Below are positions 9,007-20,100 of a stretch of DNA of 62,298 nucleotides, piece by piece. The notes beneath the pieces were generated by a model that was not told the origin of the DNA, made no database searches, and was given only the letters and a program-made list of their open reading frames with translations. The position numbers and the translations under genes are program-made. The stretch's first letter is position 1. Each line of letters begins with the position of its first letter. The stretch spans positions 1 to 62,298 of the forward strand of contig CAWCAG010000002.1 of assembly GCA_963793425.1 (NCBI GenBank), given 5' to 3'. This DNA comes from an uncultured cyanobacterium (GTDB lineage: Bacteria; Cyanobacteriota; Cyanobacteriia; Cyanobacteriales; CAWCAG01).

Positions 9007-10482
9007 TTACGCCGATTCTCTAGCCACCTTCAACTGAGCAATCAGCTTTTGATAATGCTCCAAAGCTACACTCCTAACCAAACTATGCAAACCTAAAACC
9101 AAGCGATTATTGTGATTAACTCCTTCTTCTACCAAGAAACGGTGAGACAATTCTAATAGGGCTTGCTCTTGTCTTTCTTCGCTACAACCTTGCTGTTCAA
9201 TACGTTTGACCAAATTGCTCAACTGGAGTAACCAACCTTCTACTTGTACAGGTACACGATAGATAGCAGCTACACAAATTAACCAATAAGCGTCAGGAAC
9301 TTGGGTGGCTAAACGTTCAAAAACGGCTTTTAATCTTTGCCTGTTTACTTCCAGCCGTACTTTACGAGTTAACTTGTGCAGCTTCCAATCGTCCTCTGTC
9401 CCAATCGCTTGCTTCGCATCGGCTTCTGCTTGTGCGATCGCATTTTCCACTGCCTCAATCTTAGCCGCCACCTCATGCCAGTAAGCCTGCACATTTCCCC
9501 GAAAAGACTCGTTTATTTCTCCTAAAATTACCCTGAGAACTAAAGGATGCCCTTGATAGGCTCTCCCTAAACGCAGTAACAGAGGTTTATCCTTTGAAGT
9601 AGAACTAATATCAAAACCCATGATTTCTATGAGTGCTTTCTGTTCCTCTTCCGTCAACCCTTGCAAAACCTGACAATGCCACAGTTGTTGATAGCGTTGC
9701 TCTACAAGCTGGGTTGGTAACTCTTGGGAAGTAATAATGATGCGACTTTGACAATTAGGTGCTGTAAGAATATTAAGAAAGAAGCGTTGCCAAAAAGAGT
9801 CTTGAAAACTTCCCCAACCCTCTTGCTCGTTACCTGTGAGTAAGTTTTCTAAAGAATCGATTAATACTAATACTCGCTGCTGCTGCAAATAGTCACTTAT
9901 TTTGAGCAAAAGCTGTTCTGGGTGACATTCTTGTGGAGAAATATTTACCTGTAGCTTTTCTAACCACTGCCTAGCAACGGTAGCAAAGTCTTTGTTTTGT
10001 TGAGCCGCTTCAAAACTAACTCTGAGGAAACCTTGCTGCCAATCTTTATCAAACCACTCTTCCATTTCTAGACTGATTCTTTCTGCTAAGGCTGTTTTGC
10101 CAATGCCTGTTAAACCCAAGATGATGAGAAGGCGAGAAGAATTAAGCAACTGATTTTTTAACTGTTGGGTTAGCTGTTTCCTACCTACCCAACAATCATC
10201 ATAGGCTGAAAAGTTAATTGGTAAGGTTTCTTTTACTTGGGAACTGGGTTTCTTAGCTTCACCTCTCCCCTGAATTAAATCCTGGGGTTCCAATCCCAGC
10301 GCATCACAAATTTCTTCAAACTTGGAAATGTAGACCCGCTTACTATTGATAAAGTTATTGACCGTAGAAAGGGCCATTTCTAAATGCCCTGCTAAGGCTC
10401 CCTGAGTTAGGAAACCATTACGCTCTAGGGACTGTAAGACTTCTGCTTTACGCTCAGGATGGATTCTGGCAGAACGAGCCAT
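9007..10482 (-). CDS. HTH + STAND (NB-ARC-like) P-loop NTPase
   Basis: N-terminal HTH (TQGALAGHLEMALSTVNNF), Walker A GLTGIGKT, Walker B LVLIDSLE, IIITSQ, GHPL (GxP) and LHSLVRSVA motifs. Confidence 0.9.
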   Translation of the reverse strand: MARSARIHPERKAEVLQSLERNGFLTQGALAGHLEMALSTVNNFINSKRVYISKFEEICDALGLEPQDLIQGRGEAKKPSSQVKETLPINFSAYDDCWVGRKQLTQQLKNQLLNSSRLLIILGLTGIGKTALAERISLEMEEWFDKDWQQGFLRVSFEAAQQNKDFATVARQWLEKLQVNISPQECHPEQLLLKISDYLQQQRVLVLIDSLENLLTGNEQEGWGSFQDSFWQRFFLNILTAPNCQSRIIITSQELPTQLVEQRYQQLWHCQVLQGLTEEEQKALIEIMGFDISSTSKDKPLLLRLGRAYQGHPLVLRVILGEINESFRGNVQAYWHEVAAKIEAVENAIAQAEADAKQAIGTEDDWKLHKLTRKVRLEVNRQRLKAVFERLATQVPDAYWLICVAAIYRVPVQVEGWLLQLSNLVKRIEQQGCSEERQEQALLELSHRFLVEEGVNHNNRLVLGLHSLVRSVALEHYQKLIAQLKVARESA

Positions 10483-10561
10483 GGTAGGATAATAAGCAAC
10501 TCTATCGACATCAATACCATAGCAAATTAACCTGCTTGAGCGTAGTCAAAGAACATTGAGA

Positions 10562-10854
10562 CTATTCCAATCGTGACTCCCAGTAACCTGGCTTTCTATT
10601 ACAGTGCATAACTGCCATTATCAGAAGATAATCTTGCTCAACTGTATACAAAAGAGCATAGGGGAATTTTTTAGTCAAGCAACGTCGGAATCTTCCTGAA
10701 TTATAGGGTAGCGTAATGGAGATTCCCTAACTCTATAAACAGCATCTTCAACAGCATCTATAAATGCTTGCCCCAGTTCAGTGCGCTTTTGAGCATAGTA
10801 TTGGACTGCTTTAGAATACTCTGTTAGAGCCTCCGGGTGAAAAGCATATTTCAT
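10562..10854 (-). pseudogene. RelE/ParE family toxin with a 1-nt frameshift
   Basis: ATGA overlap with antitoxin stop; MKYAFHPEALTEY...YPIIQED then -1 frame RRCLTKKFPYALLY...IMAVMHCNRKPGYWESRLE*; span 293 nt. Confidence 0.85.
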
Positions 10855-11138
10855 GAATCTAGCATTTGTCTTGCCTGAGCTAAAGCCTGATCTCCAGGAA
10901 TAGGTTGAACAGCCCCGCTTTTAATTTCATGCCAACGTCTTTTTACTTCTTGAATCCAAGCTGATTGAACTGTTTCATCGATATCAAACTCCAGGCTATT
11001 GAGCAACTTTTCTACTAATAATGCTCTCTGAGAGCTAGATAATAATAATGCTTCTTGGGCGATTTGTTCAACTGATAACATAGGCTTTAGCTCCTGAGTT
11101 TGGGTGTTTCCAGCTTCCTCTCTCCTTAATTTTGGCAC
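10851..11138 (-). CDS. Addiction module antitoxin component (likely start near 11081, MLSVEQ)
   Basis: ALLLSSSQRALLVEKLLNSL...AWIQEVKRRWHEIKSGAVQPIP pattern; upstream of ParE-type toxin. Confidence 0.85.
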   Translation of the reverse strand: MPKLRREEAGNTQTQELKPMLSVEQIAQEALLLSSSQRALLVEKLLNSLEFDIDETVQSAWIQEVKRRWHEIKSGAVQPIPGDQALAQARQMLDS

Positions 11139-11154
11139 AAATTACTAACAAATT

Positions 11155-11769
11155 TTGAAATACTCTACAAAGCAAGCAATAGAATTTCTACAAAAAACTG
11201 ACCCGCTTTTAGAACAGCTTATTGCTGAAGTGGGAGAGCCTCAATTTTCTTTTTCTAGGGCAGATTCAGACTTACTTAGAGAAGTTGCTAGGGCGATTAT
11301 TTCTCAACAGATTTCTACCCAAGCTGCGGCGAAGATTTACCAGCGATTTTTGCAACTTTATACAAACGAAGGTGGGACACTGACGGCTCAAGCACTTTTG
11401 GATACATCCCAGGAGAAATTAAGAAGTGTTGGTATTTCTCGCCCCAAAATTCGCTATCTTTATGATTTAGCCCAGAAGGTACTTGCAGGTTTGCCGACTA
11501 TTGAAGAGTTGGAGGGTATGGATGATGAGAAAGTTGTTGAAGTTTTAACCACAGTTAAAGGAGTAGGACGTTGGACAGTGCAAATGCTACTTATTTTTCG
11601 TCTACAACGTCCTGATGTATTACCTGTAGACGATTTGGGTATACGAAAAGGGGTACAAAAACTTTATGCTTTACCAGAGTTGCCAGAGAGGAAGGAAGTA
11701 GAAAGATTAGGGCAAAAATGGCGACCCTATCGTAGCTTTGCTGCACTGCTTCTGTGGCGGAGTTTGTAG
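11155..11769 (+). CDS. DNA-3-methyladenine glycosylase (AlkA-like, HhH-GPD)
   Basis: AIISQQIST, LTTVKGVGRWT HhH, DVLPVDDLG, WRPYRS motifs. Confidence 0.93.
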   Translation: MKYSTKQAIEFLQKTDPLLEQLIAEVGEPQFSFSRADSDLLREVARAIISQQISTQAAAKIYQRFLQLYTNEGGTLTAQALLDTSQEKLRSVGISRPKIRYLYDLAQKVLAGLPTIEELEGMDDEKVVEVLTTVKGVGRWTVQMLLIFRLQRPDVLPVDDLGIRKGVQKLYALPELPERKEVERLGQKWRPYRSFAALLLWRSL

Positions 11770-11947
11770 TTAAGTTTACCAAGGGAAAGTTGTTTGTTAA
11801 TGCTTTGATCCAAGTTGTTTTGTAACGTAGATCGCCATACTGCCTGATTTCTGATGGGAAAAGTTCTGGTTGAATGACAGACTGATTGTACCAGCAACGC
11901 CGCTCCCAAGCTTGGTAAACTCTTTGTTTAAGTTCCGGCAGTTTCAT
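11591..11947 (-). CDS. Small hypothetical protein; probably only the first ~50 codons are real
   Basis: MKLPELKQRVY...YGDLRYKTTW looks protein-like; remainder overlaps the glycosylase on the opposite strand. Confidence 0.35.
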   Translation of the reverse strand: MKLPELKQRVYQAWERRCWYNQSVIQPELFPSEIRQYGDLRYKTTWIKALTNNFPLVNLTTNSATEAVQQSYDRVAIFALIFLLPSSLATLVKHKVFVPLFVYPNRLQVIHQDVVDEK

Positions 11948-12023
11948 TCCCTAGCCTCAAATGATTTCTCAGAGCTGCTATTTAGCTTAACATTTCCTAC
12001 TATCTACACTACCTTTTACTAAG

Positions 12024-12058
12024 AAGCGATCGCACTGAGTTAAAAACTGCGATCGCTT
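12024..12058. terminator. Hairpin made of two HIP1 sites at the trailer of array 3
   Basis: AAGCGATCGCA ... TGCGATCGCTT inverted repeat 6 nt from the last repeat. Confidence 0.5.
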
Positions 12059-12064
12059 AATTAA

Positions 12065-12532
12065 GTTTCCATTCTGTTAGTTTTTCCCAGAGGGAAAAGA
12101 AGGAAGCAACTTCGAGATGAAGGTCTTCTTACCTAACGTTTCCATTCTGTTAGTTTTTCCCAGAGGGAAAAGCGTTATACGGAGAAGACGGAGGTGAAGT
12201 CAAACAGACGTTTCCATTCTGTTAGTTTTTCCCAGAGGGAAAAGGATAGAGGAGCCAAGAAGAGAATTTGGATGCCCTAGTTTCCATTCTGTTAGTTTTT
12301 CCCAGAGGGAAAAGGAGGTAGAAAATACCTTGGGTATATGCCACACCTACTCGGAGTTTCCATTCTGTTAGTTTTTCCCAGAGGGAAAAGAGTAGCTCTG
12401 TGACGTATTCCGGGATCCGCGTTATCTTGTTTCCATTCTGTTAGTTTTTCCCAGAGGGAAAAGCCCTCAAACGAGCTGTTCTACGAATCTTCGTAAAGTT
12501 TCCATTCTGTTAGTTTTTCCCAGAGGGAAAAG
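12065..12532 (-). CRISPR. CRISPR array 3: 7 repeats, 6 spacers
   Basis: GTTTCCATTCTGTTAGTTTTTCCCAGAGGGAAAAG at 12065,12138,12210,12280,12356,12429,12498. Confidence 0.98.
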
Positions 12533-12738
12533 GCTGCCCTCTGAAACCCTTGCCCTGACTGCGCTCCTCAGCGAATTTTCGTGGGATAGCTTTTTAGGGT
12601 CAAATAGTTGACACAGATTCTCAATAACGAGAAACTTCACCCACCTCAACCCCTTACAGGGAGAGTCATTCGCGGGATAGCACGAAAGAATGCGGGTTTC
12701 AGCGTTTTACAACTTCCCACGAAAGAGGAAGTTATAAC
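12533..12738 (-). promoter_or_regulatory. CRISPR leader, copy 3
   Basis: Near-identical to 595-800. Confidence 0.9.
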
Positions 12739-12982
12739 AGGCTATAGTTAGTATAGCTAAATTTATAGGCTTAAAACAACTTCTCATCACCAAATTTGCT
12801 TCATTAAAGTCTAATTTAGAGCTAGTTTATTACTTCAAAAAGCCTCAAATCACCACCAGATAATCACTTCAGCTTTTTCCGACCACGTACCTCTTTAAAA
12901 AAGCTCTGCGATACCTACGGTGCAGCCAAGCTATCGCATTAGAGGTAGGAAAAATGCTCCTGCAAAAAGTCCCGCAGGATAT

Positions 12983-13711
12983 CTAAATTGCATCAGGATC
13001 AATATTTAATTCCCGCAATTTAGCAGCAAATCTTTCTGCTTGAGCGGCCAACTCTTCTGCGGTTTCTTCTGGGGTAGGAACTAACTTCCCTTCAGTGGTG
13101 AAAAAACGTAACTTCTCGTTGTCTATTCCCAAATACAAACCTAGCTGCTGACTCCACAGACGCTTTTGGGTATCAGCTTCTAAAGACTGATACTCTCCAT
13201 CTACTAAATGAAAGCCTGCCAATTCTAAGCTGTAGGGGTCAAACCAGAAATAATCTGGGGTGCGGAAGGTGTTTTGATAGAGTTGTTTTTTGAAGTCTTT
13301 GTCTATATTTGCTGTACTAGAAGACAGAATTTCGACAATCACATGGGGATATTGACCATTTTCTTCCCACACTACCCAGCTTTTTCTGGTTTTCCTTTCT
13401 ACTCCCAAAACCACGAAAAAGTCTGGTCCACGAAAGTCTTCTGACTTCTTCTGGTTAGGACTGTAGTAAATGGTGAGATTACCAGCACTATAGAAATCGT
13501 TTCTATCTTTCCATAACCATTCGAGGCTTTGCAACAAGATAATTATTTGCCGTAGATGCAGTTCAGTTTCCAAGGGAGGTTCATCACTGTACAAGTCACC
13601 AGGAGGAAAGATAACATCTTCAGGCTGTTTCCTCCAAGTTTCCCTAGATGAGGATTGCTCCTCTACTTCTGGGCTTTTTTGGTTAGGTGCTAATTCTTTG
13701 GCAACAGACAT
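12983..13711 (-). CDS. Uma2 family (DUF820) restriction-endonuclease-fold protein
   Basis: SDEPPLETELH, GPDFFVVLG, SWVVWEE, VIVEILS, YFWFDP. Confidence 0.93.
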   Translation of the reverse strand: MSVAKELAPNQKSPEVEEQSSSRETWRKQPEDVIFPPGDLYSDEPPLETELHLRQIIILLQSLEWLWKDRNDFYSAGNLTIYYSPNQKKSEDFRGPDFFVVLGVERKTRKSWVVWEENGQYPHVIVEILSSSTANIDKDFKKQLYQNTFRTPDYFWFDPYSLELAGFHLVDGEYQSLEADTQKRLWSQQLGLYLGIDNEKLRFFTTEGKLVPTPEETAEELAAQAERFAAKLRELNIDPDAI

Positions 13712-13763
13712 GGCTAGTAAGGTGGGAAAAACGCTTGTGTCTATTCTAACGAGCAGATACCCC

Positions 13764-14744
13764 CTAAAACTTCATTTTCCGAATCGCAGAACGTTTCACT
13801 TCTTCCCCCCGACGGTCATAAATCGCTGTAGTAGCAGGAGAAGCATGACCTGCTAGCTTCTGCACCGTTACTATATCTGCGCCCAAATCTAACAACTCAG
13901 AACAAAATGTCCTCCGAAAATCATGGGCAGAAAAAGAAGCTAACCCAGCTTTCTTGCCCAACCTTTTTAAAGTCTTACCCACCGCATCAGCACTCATTTG
14001 GCGAATGACAATTTTTCCTCCCTTGACCACTGGACATAATAAAGCCCCACTTTTACGCCCTCTAATACCCAACCATTTAATCACTAACTCCACTGCTACC
14101 TCTGGTAAGTAAACCATCCTACTTTTACCCCCCTTACCCTGAAGTACTTCGACTGCTCCAGTTCTAGGATTAAAATCTTTTAACTCTAAGCTGACTACTT
14201 CATTACGCCGTAGTCCTCCTCCCCTTAATATGGCAATTAATGCCATATCTCTGATATCAATAGGTTGGGCTTCTCCTGGTTCTTTTTTACTTCTCCCTTC
14301 TTCTAATAGTTCTAAAAGCAGAGCTACTTCTTCTCTTTGAATTAAGCGACCCTTTAACCTTGAATCTTCCTTGACGTTACTAACTCCAATCGCTTTGGTA
14401 TAGTCACTACTAGAAATTAAATCTAACTTTTGAGCCTCTGATAACACCCGGCGTAAGGCACATAACATCTTGTTAATGGTTGCTGGGGCTAATTTCTTTT
14501 TTACTAGTACAGAACGAACCGTAGCTGTATGAACATAACGTAACTTCGACCAATCTAAAGACAGAGCATCACATTTGCCATTAGTCAGTATTGATGCGAT
14601 CGCATTCAAAGCTTGCCTCATAGTAGGAACAGAGCCAGGAGCCAAACTATCCAAATAAACTTCTGCCGGGTGACAAGCTAAAGGAAGGGGTGTCCTTAAT
14701 CTTAGACTCCCCTGTTCTTGTTCCCCCAACAAATTCTCCACCAT
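13764..14744 (-). CDS. Tyrosine recombinase (plasmid resolvase/integrase)
   Basis: GLRRNE, GKGGK, SAHDFRRT, LAGHAS, TTAIYDRR catalytic R-K-H-R-H-Y set. Confidence 0.95.
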   Translation of the reverse strand: MVENLLGEQEQGSLRLRTPLPLACHPAEVYLDSLAPGSVPTMRQALNAIASILTNGKCDALSLDWSKLRYVHTATVRSVLVKKKLAPATINKMLCALRRVLSEAQKLDLISSSDYTKAIGVSNVKEDSRLKGRLIQREEVALLLELLEEGRSKKEPGEAQPIDIRDMALIAILRGGGLRRNEVVSLELKDFNPRTGAVEVLQGKGGKSRMVYLPEVAVELVIKWLGIRGRKSGALLCPVVKGGKIVIRQMSADAVGKTLKRLGKKAGLASFSAHDFRRTFCSELLDLGADIVTVQKLAGHASPATTAIYDRRGEEVKRSAIRKMKF

Positions 14745-15137
14745 GAAAATTACTTTAGGAATTCATGCTGGCTTTATTGTCTAACTTCATGTCAACTTTC
14801 ACAAATAGGGAGTAGAGTTCCTTTTTTCGGCAACATTCCTTTACAAAAAAGGAACTCTGACTTAGCAGGGGCGAGAGTGAGTAAACAAAGGAGTATAGGT
14901 GTCATTTGTGGTGAGGAGAAGAAAAACTAGTCAGTAGAAGAATATTTCTCACGACTAATAAGCGAAAGGATAAATATCTGGTAGTCAGTAAACTCAACAT
15001 ATATAGAAGAGTTAGTTGGCTACTATAGTTATTTCTTACTGGCTACTCCATACTTTAGTCAGAAGGAAATAGAAAATAGAGTTTTTCTGGCGTAAGATAC
15101 CACAGTAAAATGCCTAATAACTGCAATAGGGAGAAGC

Positions 15138-15779
15138 ATGGCTGTTATTGCTCTAGTTAATCAGAAAGGAGGGTGTGGCAAATCAACTACAGCAGTTCAT
15201 TTTGCCTATTATTTAGCCCGTCGAGGGACTGTTGCTTTAGTTGATGCTGACTCCCAGCAAAGCTCTAGTATTTGGATTGAAAGTATAGAAGATGACTCTT
15301 TACCTTATGCCGCTATTCTTGACCCAGAAGAATTGTTTGAGTCCATTGAGAGAATGGGGCAAGAGTATGATGCTGTAGTTGTAGACGGGCCAGGAAGTTT
15401 ATCTGAAGTAACCAAAACGATACTTGATTGCAGCGATATAGCTCTTATGCCCTGCCAGCCCTCTGGTCTAGATTTATCTAGTAGTGGGAGTTTTTTACGA
15501 ATAATTCGCCACCGTCAAAAAATTAGAGGTGGCAAACCCAAAGTAGGATTATTTTTGAGTCGTGCTGTTAAAGGAACAGTTTTGCTCAAAGAAGCCAAAG
15601 AAGCTTTACAGATAGACGAGCGTTTCCCTCTACTCGAAACCATAATTTATCAAAGGCAGTGCTTGGCGGATGCTTCTATTCAAAAGAGTACAGCTTTTGA
15701 TTTATCTGGTTCTGCTGCTAAGGCTGCTGCCAAAGGTTACGAGTCACTGTTTGAGGAGGCACTGAAACTTCTTGGCTAA
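15138..15779 (+). CDS. parA: ParA family partition ATPase (short type)
   Basis: NQKGGCGKST deviant Walker A, LVDADSQ, VVDGPG. Confidence 0.93.
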   Translation: MAVIALVNQKGGCGKSTTAVHFAYYLARRGTVALVDADSQQSSSIWIESIEDDSLPYAAILDPEELFESIERMGQEYDAVVVDGPGSLSEVTKTILDCSDIALMPCQPSGLDLSSSGSFLRIIRHRQKIRGGKPKVGLFLSRAVKGTVLLKEAKEALQIDERFPLLETIIYQRQCLADASIQKSTAFDLSGSAAKAAAKGYESLFEEALKLLG

Positions 15780-16650
15780 ACGACGTAGCATAACATCATA
15801 CTTAGCTGAACTACCGCAGGAATCTGATTCTACCCTATCTCTAGAAGAAATTAGTCTTCCTGCTTCCCAGCCTCGTCACTACTTCGACTCTCAGAAAATG
15901 TCTCAGTTGGTAGCTTCTGTTGAGAAATATGGTATTTTGGAACCCCTGCTAGTCAGGCCAAAGGGTAGCAAGTATGAACTAGTAGCTGGAGAAAGAAGAT
16001 ATAGGGCGGCTAAAAAGGTGGGCTTAGTAGAAATTCCTGTAATAATTCGAGAATTGGATGATACTGAAGCCTTAGCTATTTCTCTGATGGAAAACCTGCA
16101 AAGAGAAGACCTCAATCCAGTAGAGGAAACTGAAGGTATTCTGAATTTAATTAGTATTGATTTAGATATATCTAAACAAGAGGCTATCAGTCAACTCTAT
16201 AAGATACGCAATGAATCGAGAGGTAGTGACAACGTTGTCACTAACCATAACTACGACAAAATCCGCTCGGTATTTAGTTCTCTGGGATTACTAAGTTGGG
16301 ACTCTTTCATTACTCACCGTCTTCCTCTTTTAAAGTTGCCGGAAGAAATTTTAGAAGTCCTAGGACAGGGTAAGATAGCCTACACTAAAGCTTTAGCTAT
16401 TTCCCGGCTTAAAGATAAGGAGCAGCGTCAGAATCTCTTAAAAGAAGCCATAGTAGAAAATCTTTCTATTCGGCAAATAAAAGAACGTATAGCAGAATTA
16501 AAATCGCCTTCAATAGAACAGCCAGCTTTACAAAAACAAATTGATTCAGCTTATCGTAATTTAAAAAAGTCCAAAGTATGGCACGACCCAAAGCGCAGAA
16601 AGCGCTTAGAAAAGCTTCTCAAGGAAATGGAAAGTCTTATTGAAAGTTAG
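15772..16650 (+). CDS. parB: ParB/RepB/Spo0J partition protein
   Basis: QPRHYFD, GILEPLLVRP, LVAGERRYRA, ENLQREDLNPVEE. Confidence 0.95.
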   Translation: MAKRRSITSYLAELPQESDSTLSLEEISLPASQPRHYFDSQKMSQLVASVEKYGILEPLLVRPKGSKYELVAGERRYRAAKKVGLVEIPVIIRELDDTEALAISLMENLQREDLNPVEETEGILNLISIDLDISKQEAISQLYKIRNESRGSDNVVTNHNYDKIRSVFSSLGLLSWDSFITHRLPLLKLPEEILEVLGQGKIAYTKALAISRLKDKEQRQNLLKEAIVENLSIRQIKERIAELKSPSIEQPALQKQIDSAYRNLKKSKVWHDPKRRKRLEKLLKEMESLIES

Positions 16651-17148
16651 TTCAATAATAGCAAACAAATTATTTACCGCAGAAATTGAGCCAAACTTTT
16701 TTCTTAAGAGTTGAAAGTCTGCTGTTGAATCTCAACTCCAGTCAGGTTATCTAAATCATTATTGAGAAGCACCTGTCTAAGATAATCTCTAAAAAAAGGG
16801 AACACCCTACTTCTGGTTATTAATAAATATAGGGTAGAGCGTCCCCTTGAAATCCTCGTCTACTAAGAGCTTTAGAGCATAAGTCACTATTTATCTCCAA
16901 GCTAAATCATCACTCCCTTTTTCCTAGCTCTCATTGTCAATAAGTAGGGTCTTTCTGACAAATTACGACAGTGAACCACCTCTTTTTAGACTTCTAAAGA
17001 TGATTTAACACCTCTAACGGCGATTAAACGCAAAAAATGATGTCCCAACTAGAATTTTGGGCATTAATCCAGCTAATTTGGCGCTTTTTGACACAACAAA
17101 ATAGAAGATGACTTCATCTTCAATTCATTGTATTTAATTGTTTGGGTG

Positions 17149-20100
17149 TTAAGTAGGGGCCTTAATTGCCGCGACCCATTGAGCAATCATCGCTTGTTTA
17201 GCTTTCTCTAATAGCTTTGTCGCTTGGCTTATCAGGTGGGCGCTGATGCCCTCTAGTAGTTTGCCTGCGGGGTAAAAAATCTCTCGGAAATCTTCAAAGG
17301 ATTTAATGTGGTTGAGAATATCTGCCGCATCTTCAAGCTCTTCTATTGGTATGGGGGGTGGTATTCGACTAGCAATTAATTGGAAATCAGGACAAGACTG
17401 GGATACCTTATCCTCAATTCTCCGGGTGACGCATTCGTAAACAACCGACTCAATAGAGTCTGGCTCATGTCTAATCGAATATGTTCTTTCCCCTTTAAAT
17501 TTGCGCTTGTGAATTTTAAACCCAAGCATCCGAATAGCTCTATTAAGATATTGAACTGGTGTGCATTTACCAACTTTGATTTTGAGCCTTCGCCAGTTCT
17601 TTTTACCTTGCCTCCAGAAATTAATCACTCTTTGGTCAATCTGACTCCAAGAGGTTCCCTCCTCCAAAAAGTCTTTGATGCCCATTTCGATGAGGGTTTT
17701 AACAAACAGAGTCTTGGACTTAAATTCAGTTGGGGAAACCCCTAAACCGTAACCACTCTTTTCTGGGTCAGTAAAGAAATCGAACTTCTTAAAGAATTTC
17801 TGTCTGTCCAACTGAAGGGCTATTTCTGGGTTATTAACGAAGAATTTGAGTTCTTGTTTAGAGATAACTCTTTTGCGCCTGTCTTCAAGTAACCTGACGG
17901 TTTCAGGAGAAAAAGCAGGGATTTCAACCTGAACCTCTTTCTCTTCTACTTCTCCTGTCTTCTCGTTGGTAGCCTCAACAGTCTCACTAACAACGATAGT
18001 TTTCTCTTCAATTCCCGGCAGTCTATCTAAGAGCCTACGCTTTTTAACAGCAGCTTTTTGTTCGACTGTGGCCGATACATCACGAGAAATTTCATCGGCT
18101 CTCTTGGTGGTGATGTTCTCAGCATGGAACTCTTGAGTAGCCTTAGCTTGTTCTACTGCTTCAATCTCTTCAGTTATACCTTTACTAATCTCGTTGTATT
18201 TCTGGACAACAACGTCGGTAACAGGGTAGCCTGAGTCTTCTAGAGCGTAGCGTAGACATCGTTTCAGGTTTTGGCGTTCGTAATTCTCAGTGGCTCTAAG
18301 TTGGCATTCGTAGGCGTAAAACTCATCATCATGAAGTTTCATCATCTGTTGCATGAGCTTGAGGTATTGTTCTTTAGCCTCCACGCCATCTAGTACAGAT
18401 TCACCATTGAGAATGGCGTATTCTTCCCAAGCTTTTTTGATTTCATCAGGAATGAAAGAATCGGATACCTCGTCGTTGCTAACTGCCCTGGTCGCAGGTA
18501 CGACGATAAGGGTCGCGTCTTTGTCTCTAACCCTAGCAATTAACTGCATCTGCTGGTTAGTCGAAAGTACGCCATAAAACAGGGCATATATTTCACTAAA
18601 ATAGCCCTTAATATCAACGTTTAAGCCAGCTTCACCAGTAGGAGAATACAAGAGAATTTGTATCCTATGCTTAACCAGATAACCGGGACTATCGGCATAA
18701 AATTGGGCAGCTTCGGATGTCCCCGCTTTAGTTGAGTCGAGTCGGAAGGTTCTTAGCCCCCTAGCTTTAAGTTTGTTGTCAAGAGCTTCTAGCTCCTTTC
18801 GGCTGTCACTACAAACAGCAATATTGACCCCTTCTGGGAGATTGAGAATGGCTTGTTCGACTTCGCTTTTATCCGGTTCTACTATTTCCCCGTTCTCATT
18901 TCTGCTGGCTGTGATGAATTTGGTTTCTGGTCTGTGGGCAGTAAAGGTATTTTCTGTAACTGACACACTAGCCTCACTGCCAAGGACGGAGCGAAGTAAT
19001 TTGACTTCTTTGTCGGTTAGATGACCATCAAGGCAATATATTTTTGAGGTTCTTGTTAATGCTTCACTCAGAAGTCTTTTGACCTTGGACTTAAACCGAA
19101 GATTTTTGTCCTTGGCCAAAGAGCGTAAGACACTAACGGTTTCATCTAGAACGAGAATCCTCTCATCAAAATCTTCAGAGGAAAAATGGGGAATTGAATG
19201 CAGGCAAAGAGCGATACAGCTTTTGGGGTCATGAATGAGGGCGTATTCATCCTGGTTTTTTAATTCCGATTGGAGATGATAGAAGCCCGATTCAAGACAA
19301 AATTGCAGCAGCGGCCCATTTCTGTAACCAATACTTAAAACTCCTTTACCAGGGTTCTCCTTAATAATTCTTTTTATTTCATGAGTTTTACCTGTACCAG
19401 TGCCAGATTTAACAGCAATGGCTTTGGCTTCAGTTGAGGAGGAGATATCAACAAAACGTTGATTCTGCTTGATGTCAGGGGACAGCCGACGAGATTTAAC
19501 CCACCTATCCCAGTCATCAATCTTTTTCTTCTCCTGGTGAGACAGTCGATAAAACTCTTCCGGGGATAGGTACTCAATTGGTTGCCCCGGCTCGATTTCA
19601 TCAATATCTTGCCCTGTTTCTTTATCAACTTGTCCCCACCAGGCAATTTGAACTTCTAAGCCTTGGTCTTGGATAAAGTTAATCTGGCGGCCCCAGCGCT
19701 TCATAACATGGGGATTAATAATATCTCCGGCATCAGGCATGAGGATGGCAAGATCATAACCAGCCGTAGCCGCTTTAACTTGTTCAGGGGAACTAGTAAA
19801 TAATCCTCCCGCCGCGCCTATGCAATCGATACCTAGTCGAGCCGAAACAATGTATGGCTTGAGGATTCCTTCACAAAGACTGACTACTCTGAGGGTCGGT
19901 AGGGTTCTATCTCCAGTGGATCTATCCCCATCGCCGTTAGGACATCCCAACCGTACCTGGCTACTTTCTCTATCTTGGGGCTGATAAACACTGTTTTGAT
20001 TCCGAAAAACACGTACGGTGGGGGTTCTGTCTCTAACCGCTTCAATACTCTGGCTTCGTAGGTCTTGTACTCCATTCCTCTGACTGGAGTTTCTCTCAAC

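Noticed and set aside
17376..19646. Other short ORFs overlapping rep
   Set aside because: No clear RBS or protein-like composition, and the Rep frame looks normal there, unlike 19884-20180
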